Below the pieces are notes generated by a model. That model was not told the origin of the DNA, searched no databases, and saw only the letters and a list, made by a program, of their open reading frames with translations. From positions 1 to 51,552 of the forward strand of contig JAFGPA010000014.1 in NCBI GenBank assembly GCA_016926175.1: a DNA stretch of 51,552 nucleotides, written 5' to 3'. The position numbers and the translations under genes are program-made. Shown piece after piece: positions 45,341 through 51,552 of this stretch. Source of the stretch: Candidatus Micrarchaeota archaeon (GTDB taxonomy: Archaea > Micrarchaeota > Micrarchaeia > Anstonellales > Bilamarchaeaceae). Each line of letters opens with the position of its first letter. Position 1 is the stretch's first letter.

Positions 45341-46705
45341 CTAGTCCTCCGATCTGAAATATTTGCTTATGGCGCTCTCCTTGAGCCCCTTCTCCTTTGC
45401 GAGGAGGATCTTTGCCTGGGATATGGCTTCTGCCTTTGCAATCTGCTTCCTTTCATATTTCTTGTAGTAGTCTGAATTGTGCGAATGCAGGTAATAAAGA
45501 AGAGTTCCCTCGTCCATGTCATTGATCTCCCTTACGATCAAACTTAAATCCTCCCTTTCATCGCTCTTTTGGAATACGTCCTCTCCAGTGACCTCAATCA
45601 GAGTGTCGATCTCTTTTGCAATTATCTTCTTTATCTTTGCAAATTCTGCAGGATACTGGTTTTCTATGAATTCAATGCGCTCTTCAACTTCACGAAGCGA
45701 TTTCTTGTCCTTGCACGATGTCTTTGCCTTTTCAAGCTCTGCAAGATGCTTCTTTTTAGAGAATCCCTCATATTCGCTTATCACCTGGGGCAGCTGCTCA
45801 ACCATGGAAGTCACGGAAAAAACGAATTTCTCATATATCTCTTTTTTCTGCTGTGGATCATCAGCATTTGAAATGTCATCGTAGAATTTCTTTTTTATTT
45901 CCAGTACCTTATTTTTGTATGAATCAATGATTTTGTCTTTCTGCTGTGCTATTTCGGTTTGCTGTGTTGAAAGTATTGTTGCAATCATTGCAGCCCCTCC
46001 AACCTTTGTTCCTTTTGCCGAAACCAGCATGTTTTTCAGAACAGTTATCTGTACCTTTATCTCAGCCCTCCTGTTGTGGCTTTTCTCCTTGAAAAGCTGC
46101 TTGGTAAGCTCGAGCATCTTTTTCTTGAGAGTTAGTTCATCTATTTTTCCTTCAAGCATTTCCTTTATCTTTTCCTCAACATCTCCATATTTCTGATCAA
46201 CTGCTTCTTCCTGTTTTAGAGCGGGAGGTATTGCCTTTACAACCATTTTTTCAGGTTCCCTTTCTATCTTCTGCACAGGCGTTGTCTCAAACTGAATTTC
46301 TGAGGATTTGGGCCTTTCAAATTCAATATCCTGTTTTGGCTTTTCGAATTCTATTACCGGCGTTTCCACCATCTGCTCCGTTTTTGCCACCTGCTCCGCC
46401 GTTTCCAGCGTTTCTGTGGTCATTTCCTTTAATCTTGATTCAACTTCTGCAGTTTCAACTGTCTGCGCTGCTTCCGGAGCTCCTTTTGCATAGATGTCCA
46501 GCTTTCTTGTGCTTAGGATTTTCTGGGACCTTTGATATTCGTTTATCAGGTCCTGGTAATTAATGTCAACATATTCAGCAGGAGAAAGGTCTATTGTTTT
46601 TTCAATATCTATATCGCCCTCATATGAATTGTATTCAACCGCTTTGCCTTCAAGCCTTTTCGCACTTTCTATCGCTGCCCTAAAATCCTCCAAGCTCATT
46701 TTCAC
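45341..46705 (-). CDS. Hypothetical acidic, coiled-coil-rich cytoplasmic protein embedded in the pilus operon
   Basis: 454-aa ORF with no TM. Short internal repeats IEFEKPKQDIEFERPKSSEIQFE. Sits between the ATPase and platform genes. Start is GTG 46705 or ATG 46699. Confidence 0.55.
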   Translation of the reverse strand: MKMSLEDFRAAIESAKRLEGKAVEYNSYEGDIDIEKTIDLSPAEYVDINYQDLINEYQRSQKILSTRKLDIYAKGAPEAAQTVETAEVESRLKEMTTETLETAEQVAKTEQMVETPVIEFEKPKQDIEFERPKSSEIQFETTPVQKIEREPEKMVVKAIPPALKQEEAVDQKYGDVEEKIKEMLEGKIDELTLKKKMLELTKQLFKEKSHNRRAEIKVQITVLKNMLVSAKGTKVGGAAMIATILSTQQTEIAQQKDKIIDSYKNKVLEIKKKFYDDISNADDPQQKKEIYEKFVFSVTSMVEQLPQVISEYEGFSKKKHLAELEKAKTSCKDKKSLREVEERIEFIENQYPAEFAKIKKIIAKEIDTLIEVTGEDVFQKSDEREDLSLIVREINDMDEGTLLYYLHSHNSDYYKKYERKQIAKAEAISQAKILLAKEKGLKESAISKYFRSED

Positions 46706-48216
46706 ACCTTAAACTCCCAATCCCTGTTTTTTGATACTGCCGCCATCACTTCTTCCGGGTCCTGATAATATCTTGATACAATTGCCCCGACCTGATCGAC
46801 ATTTTCATATTCTTTTCCTACCATCCAGTTGAGGATCTTAATTTTTTCATCGACATCGGATTCAATTTCCTTCTCCCCCATTCCAGAATACAGCGAAAGG
46901 GTATTGGCAAGCCGTTGCATTTTTCCTGATCCCTTTACCTTATCGGTTTTCACATCCCACCTGTAAAGAACATTGGGATTTCCGGTGTTGCTGATTTCTG
47001 CAAATTCAAGCACCCTTCTGATGTTGAATCTCCTGTGCCTGAATGTTACAACAACACCTGCAAGCGCATCAAGCATTTCATGAGGGACATTAATCGGAGG
47101 GTTGGTAAGCCTTGATATTGTCTGCTCTGCGTTGTCCGCGTGCACTGTTGCATATACGCTGTGGCCGGTATGCATTGCTTCGAACATGACTTCTGCTTCC
47201 CTCTGCCTTCTTATTTCTCCAACGACTATTCTGTCAGGCCTCTGCCTTAATGCATTGACCATGAGGTCAAGCATTGTTACTTCGCCCTTTCCTTCAGGAT
47301 TGGGCTCACGGACGGTCATTGGAACCCAGTGAAGGAAAGAGGGCAAGGTAAGCTCTCTTGTGTCTTCTATGCTGATTATCCTCTGGTTTGCAGGTATCAA
47401 ACCTGCCATCGCGTTCAGGAAAGATGTTTTACCGGAACCGGTTCCTCCGGAAACAATTAGCGATAGCTCGTTCTGCATACAAAGCCATATCAGTGCAGCA
47501 ACTTCCGGGGAAACTGTCTTTGATTTTATAAATCCTGTGATTGTCCAGGGATTCTTTGAGAATTTTCTTATTGTAATAGTGTTTCCAAAGGAGGATATCG
47601 GGAACAGCGTTGCATTGACACGGTCTCCAGAAGGCAGGTGGGCATCCAGGGTCGGATTAAGTATGTTTATCTGCCGTCCGACTTTTCTTGCAATCATGGA
47701 TGCATAGTCATATACTATCTCCTCATTCTTCAGTTTCAGGTTTGTTTTGCACCATCCGAATTTCTTATGATAAATCCATACCGGATCGCTTGAATTGTTG
47801 ATTACTACCTCTTCGAGATCGTTGTCTGAAAGAAGCGCCTCTATCTCTCCGAGACCAAGTGTTTTCTGGAGAAGATATACTGCAAGGACCTCTTTTTTGT
47901 CGTCCGGCAGTGAAGGGAAATTTCTTGACAATATTATTTTTGCAGTTGCAAGGAACTTTCCCTTTACCTCTTCAAATTTTTTCGGATCGAGTATGTCTGT
48001 TATGTCAAGTTTCACTTCAGTTACGAGTTCCCCCTTCAGCTTTGTTTCAAGGATGAGTTTTGTGCCCTCTGCAATCCCCGGAATGGTGACCTCATAAAAA
48101 GGAACGAATTCGCTCTTTCTCCTGATTATCTTCACTTCAACAGGCAGCCCTTCACTGCTATATCCATATGCTGAAAGCAATGCGACTTTTGGCCTTTCTT
48201 CAGTTTTTTTAATCAT
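46702..48216 (-). CDS. Type II/IV secretion-family ATPase (FlaI/PilB/TadA-like)
   Basis: Walker A SGGTGSGKTSFLNA, IEDTRELTL, Walker B/Asp box RPDRIVVGEIRR, His box AMHTGHSVYATVHA. The ATG at 48216 overlaps the upstream stop as ATGA. Confidence 0.9.
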   Translation of the reverse strand: MIKKTEERPKVALLSAYGYSSEGLPVEVKIIRRKSEFVPFYEVTIPGIAEGTKLILETKLKGELVTEVKLDITDILDPKKFEEVKGKFLATAKIILSRNFPSLPDDKKEVLAVYLLQKTLGLGEIEALLSDNDLEEVVINNSSDPVWIYHKKFGWCKTNLKLKNEEIVYDYASMIARKVGRQINILNPTLDAHLPSGDRVNATLFPISSFGNTITIRKFSKNPWTITGFIKSKTVSPEVAALIWLCMQNELSLIVSGGTGSGKTSFLNAMAGLIPANQRIISIEDTRELTLPSFLHWVPMTVREPNPEGKGEVTMLDLMVNALRQRPDRIVVGEIRRQREAEVMFEAMHTGHSVYATVHADNAEQTISRLTNPPINVPHEMLDALAGVVVTFRHRRFNIRRVLEFAEISNTGNPNVLYRWDVKTDKVKGSGKMQRLANTLSLYSGMGEKEIESDVDEKIKILNWMVGKEYENVDQVGAIVSRYYQDPEEVMAAVSKNRDWEFKV

Positions 48217-49898
48217 TCTTCCCACAACCTTTTTATCAACCGCTTGAGCTCCTCACGCTTTTTCCTGAATTCCAGCTCTTCATCCTTTGTAAGCTCAAGC
48301 CTGGTTCTTATTTCATCTTCTTTTTCCTGAATGTCTGCGCTTTCCATCCCTCCAGTTCTTATCTGGAGAAGTTTTGCTTCCCTGGAAAGCAGTGTGATCC
48401 TCTTACTGAGATTGTCAGAGAGCCCTACCAGCTCGTTTATCTGATCTTTGATTTCGTCAAGCATCTTTTTCTTGTTTCTTACTTCCTCTGCAATCTTAAG
48501 CACATCCTTAAAATCTCCGCCTTTTAACGTTGATTCAAGCTGCTTTGCATCTTTTCTGATGCTTTCCTTCTGTGTAACTGCCTCGATGCCTATCTTCCTG
48601 ATCCGTTCCTCCATGTCATCCAGCTGCTTCCCATAGTTCCTTATGGAAGGAACGATCCTTTCCTTTATTTTCTGGAATGTCAGGTAAGTGTTTTTCTCAT
48701 CCTCCAAAGCCGTTTCCAGCGTGTCGATGTCCCTGCTTGTCTGCTCTATCTTTTCATCCATCTTTTTTGCAAGATCTGCAAATTGCCTGGATGTTACCTG
48801 CTTTCCACCTACTGCTTCAATAAGCGTTTCAAGCGATTCGTATTTCTTTTCAAGCTCATCCTCGCCGCTCTTCAATACCCCCAATTCACTCATAATTTTT
48901 TCCTGGGAGGGGAATCTCTTTATTATGCCCTTTGCAACTGACACGGAATCGTCCAGGCGGCTAACCAGCTCAAGTTCATTTTTTGCCTTTTTTGTAATCT
49001 CTTCCATTTTCCCAAGCATCTTTTCTGCCTGCTCGGACACCAGCGCCACTTCCTCCCTCATCTGATGTATCTTTTCCTCCTGCCCCATCACAGATTCAGC
49101 AACATCCCTGAGTATCTGGGAGCTTTCCTGCAAGCTTATCATGTCTTCCCGCAGGCTCTGATTTCTTGATTTAAGGGTCCTGAATTCACCGTTCAGGGTT
49201 TCCATTTTCTTTTTTATGTCGCGAACAGAAGGAAGGGAAATATCCTCAGGACTTTGGGATTCTGCTTTTTTCCTCAGGTTCCTTATATCGTCCTGCATCT
49301 GCTTTAATTCGTCACGCATGGTTTCAAGGCTGTCAAGATGCTTTTTGCTTTCGGTGCCTTCAACATTTATGCCACCCACATCCTGCTTTACATCCAGGAG
49401 CCCTTTTTTCACAAGCTCCAGTTCCTCCTTCATGCGCTCAAGTTCTTCTCCTCCCATCAGCAGGCTTCCCTGTGTAAGCATTCCGCCTGCCGGTATCGGC
49501 GCAACTTTTTTCTCGAGCTCTTCAATTTTTGAATAAGTTTTTGCATAAAAATCCGTGAAGCTTTTATGGAGCTCATCTATCTCTCCACGCTCATCTGCCA
49601 TTTTTGATTTGAATGCATCTACCTGCTTCTGGATATCTTCCTTTTCTTCGTAGAATGACTCTGTTTCAGTTGCTACTTCTTCTGCAGTGGGCTTGACCCA
49701 GAAAAGGTAAATTTTCGTTAGCCGGTATTCTATTCTAAGAATTCCCTGCTCTTCAAGTACCCTGGACCAGTCTTCAATTGATTCCGGAGGTATGTTAAGT
49801 ATGGAAGATGCATCCTCAAGTTCGATTCTTTGTTTTTCCTTCACAAGACGAACAAGTGCATCTACACCTGTAGTGATGAGCAGCTCGTCAAACTCCAT
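48213..49898 (-). CDS. Hypothetical protein: N-terminal winged-helix-like domain plus about 480 aa of predicted coiled coil
   Basis: N-terminus TTGVDALVRLVKEKQRIELEDASSILNIPPESIEDWSRVLEEQGILRIEY. The remainder is heptad-like and E/K/L-rich with no TM. First gene of the pilus operon. Confidence 0.6.
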   Translation of the reverse strand: MEFDELLITTGVDALVRLVKEKQRIELEDASSILNIPPESIEDWSRVLEEQGILRIEYRLTKIYLFWVKPTAEEVATETESFYEEKEDIQKQVDAFKSKMADERGEIDELHKSFTDFYAKTYSKIEELEKKVAPIPAGGMLTQGSLLMGGEELERMKEELELVKKGLLDVKQDVGGINVEGTESKKHLDSLETMRDELKQMQDDIRNLRKKAESQSPEDISLPSVRDIKKKMETLNGEFRTLKSRNQSLREDMISLQESSQILRDVAESVMGQEEKIHQMREEVALVSEQAEKMLGKMEEITKKAKNELELVSRLDDSVSVAKGIIKRFPSQEKIMSELGVLKSGEDELEKKYESLETLIEAVGGKQVTSRQFADLAKKMDEKIEQTSRDIDTLETALEDEKNTYLTFQKIKERIVPSIRNYGKQLDDMEERIRKIGIEAVTQKESIRKDAKQLESTLKGGDFKDVLKIAEEVRNKKKMLDEIKDQINELVGLSDNLSKRITLLSREAKLLQIRTGGMESADIQEKEDEIRTRLELTKDEELEFRKKREELKRLIKRLWEE

Positions 49899-49967
49899 GC
49901 GCTATATAAAGGTAACTATGTTAATAAACATTTTGCTAGTTATTCTAACGTAATCATTGTGATATTT

Positions 49968-51467
49968 ATGGCAAAAGGGGCAGAGTACAGGATAAAAAAA
50001 TTAGAAAAAGGCCCTCTACAGAGATTCAAGAATCAGAATCATCTCGTCAAGAAATTCGGTGAAGTGGGCATTCAGGTGTATAAAGCCATTACCGGCAAGA
50101 GAACTACTGCCGAGCTTCAGAAAGACCTTGACATTGAAAAGAACCTTTTCGATCAGATAATTTCCTATATGGAAGAAGCCGGCATGGCTGAACTTGAACC
50201 TCTTGGAGAAGCTCCAAAATCCAAAAAAGAGCCAAAAGAGCTGGAGGAGCTTCCTGAAGAGCCTGAAGAAGAAGAGCCTCCCCTTGAGGAAGAGCCTGAG
50301 CATGAGGAAGAACCTGAAGAATCCATACCTGAGAAAAAGCCGAAAAAGCCTGCCAGGAAAGCTGAACCAGATGAATTTGAAATTCAACCTATCGAGTTTG
50401 ATGAAATAAAACCAATTGAAACTGACATTGGGGAAGAACCGCCTGAAGAGCATGAGGAAGAGCCCAAAGAGGAGCCTGAAGAAGAACCAGAAGATGAATT
50501 CAAGCCCATATCTGCAGGGGAACCAGAAGAAGAACCTGAAGAAAAGCCTATGGAAGAATATGATGAAGAACCTGAAGAGAAACCCCTTGAAGAATACGAT
50601 GAAAATTCAGAGGAAGAACCTCCAATTTCAGCTTTTGAGCAGGAAGAGGAGCCGTATGAAGAGGGATCCGACCTGAGTCCTGTTGAGAAAATCATTTCAG
50701 ATAAATATGGCGATATAGGCCTCAGGGTTTATGCCTTAATTGACGGCCAGAGAACTGCAGAAGAAATAATGCAGGATACCGGCCTTACCGAAACCAAGCT
50801 GGTTGAAATTCTTGATTTTATGGATGAGCAGGGCATAATAAAGCTTGATTATCCAAAGAGAACCGGGGGGGGTGCCCAGCCTCCATCGGGAAGGAGCTTT
50901 GCCCAGGCACCGCCGCCTCCAAGACAGGAGGAAAGCAGCATGGGCTTTGTTCCGATGATAGATAATGATGAGCGGCTTGATGATGCAAGAGGGATACTTT
51001 CTCCAGTTGAAATGCCAATAAAAGCTCCTGTTGACATTGTCAAGTCAGTGCAGATGAAGGCAAAGATAATGCTGAAATTCGGCGAAAAAGGCAACAAAGT
51101 TCTTCAGCTCATTGACGGAAAGAATGATACTCTGGATATATCCCTCAAGCTAGAAATTCCGCTTTATGATGTTATGGGAATTCTTACTTTCATGCTGCAG
51201 TCAGGCATGGTTATTATGAAGCCACTTGGCCGTGCGGACGTCAGGAAGAAATATGGAGATGACGGATATTCTGTTTACAAGAAATACGGAAAAGAGGGCC
51301 TCATGCTCTATGAACTGATAGGCAAGGAGATGACGATCAAGCAGATGGCTGACATGATAACAAAGCAAAAGGAAACTGTGATAGACATGTTCATATTCAT
51401 ACACAAAGTCCTTGGAATAGAGCTTCCGATAGATGAAGATGTTCTGAAAAAGCAGCTAGGAATCTAA
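49968..51467 (+). CDS. Hypothetical protein with four repeats of a winged-helix-like module of about 55-60 aa, and a long Glu/Pro-rich linker
   Basis: Modules at about 50013-50192, 50682-50855, 51054-51223 and 51237-51424. They share (K)(F/Y)G(D/E)xGxxV(Y/L)xLIxGxxTxxEI...(F/Y)MxExG. ATG at 49968; divergent from the pilus operon. Confidence 0.6.
   Translation: MAKGAEYRIKKLEKGPLQRFKNQNHLVKKFGEVGIQVYKAITGKRTTAELQKDLDIEKNLFDQIISYMEEAGMAELEPLGEAPKSKKEPKELEELPEEPEEEEPPLEEEPEHEEEPEESIPEKKPKKPARKAEPDEFEIQPIEFDEIKPIETDIGEEPPEEHEEEPKEEPEEEPEDEFKPISAGEPEEEPEEKPMEEYDEEPEEKPLEEYDENSEEEPPISAFEQEEEPYEEGSDLSPVEKIISDKYGDIGLRVYALIDGQRTAEEIMQDTGLTETKLVEILDFMDEQGIIKLDYPKRTGGGAQPPSGRSFAQAPPPPRQEESSMGFVPMIDNDERLDDARGILSPVEMPIKAPVDIVKSVQMKAKIMLKFGEKGNKVLQLIDGKNDTLDISLKLEIPLYDVMGILTFMLQSGMVIMKPLGRADVRKKYGDDGYSVYKKYGKEGLMLYELIGKEMTIKQMADMITKQKETVIDMFIFIHKVLGIELPIDEDVLKKQLGI
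50190..50670 (+). repeat. Low-complexity Glu/Pro-rich coding region (EEPEE-type degenerate repeats)
   Basis: Recurrent gaagaRcctgaagaa-like units. Protein reads PEEPEEEEPPLEEEPEHEEEPEE...EEPKEEPEEEPEDE...EPEEEPEEKPMEEYDEEPEEKPLEEYDE. Confidence 0.7.
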
Positions 51468-51552
51468 AACAAAAATTTCTCCATGTGCTTCTACAGATTC
51501 AAGATCAAGGCTTCCTTTACCGAATAATTGCGACATTATTGTTCTTGACATG

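Noticed and set aside
50384-50695. 103-aa minus-strand Ser/Gly-rich ORF, and other small ORFs in 50016-50676
   Set aside because: These are complement or alternative frames of the GAA/CCT-rich Glu/Pro linker of the 49968-51467 gene, and are low-complexity artefacts.
51456-51552. Minus-strand reading frame open to the right window edge (..MSRTIMSQLFGKGSLDLESVEAHGEIFVLDS-stop)
   Set aside because: Only 31 codons are visible and no motif is present. It may be the C-terminus of a convergent gene starting outside the window, overlapping the plus-strand gene by 12 nt, but this cannot be supported from here.

Overview
This is a compact archaeal chromosome segment. I read it by eye with the supplied ORF track; no searches or computations were run, so family calls rest on recognised motifs.

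Evidence for archaeal origin:
- A split-B RNA polymerase operon, rpoH-rpoB''-rpoB'-rpoA'-rpoA''-rpl30e-nusA.
- MCM, archaeal DnaG, CDP-archaeol synthase and a presenilin-type protease.
- Archaeal-type TyrRS, AspRS and LeuRS.
- An intron-containing tRNA-Thr.

Genes are packed tightly. There are many ATGA start/stop overlaps and several convergent genes with overlapping stops. This fits a streamlined, possibly DPANN-like genome, but the lineage cannot be fixed from this window.

Housekeeping genes make up roughly half of the window. Four accessory regions stand out:
1. 29-1558: an A+T-rich AbiEi/AbiEii toxin-antitoxin islet. It is bracketed by a direct repeat of the tRNA-Thr 3' end.
2. 17368-24934: six tightly coupled, mutually paralogous multi-pass membrane proteins that I cannot assign to any family. 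They share three signature blocks, alternate between two subtypes (A-B-A-B-A-B), and two of the gene junctions share 22 identical nucleotides. This is my best candidate for an undescribed envelope system.
3. 27221-32097: an sppA / Cys-rich protein / five pilin-like gene cluster (class III signal peptides) with no ATPase or platform of its own.
4. 42851-51467: a Tad/Epd-like type IV filament assembly locus. It encodes a pilin, two single-domain platform proteins and an ATPase. Unassigned coiled-coil and winged-helix proteins are interleaved with it and flank it.

No rRNA, CRISPR array, transposase or integrase was seen.
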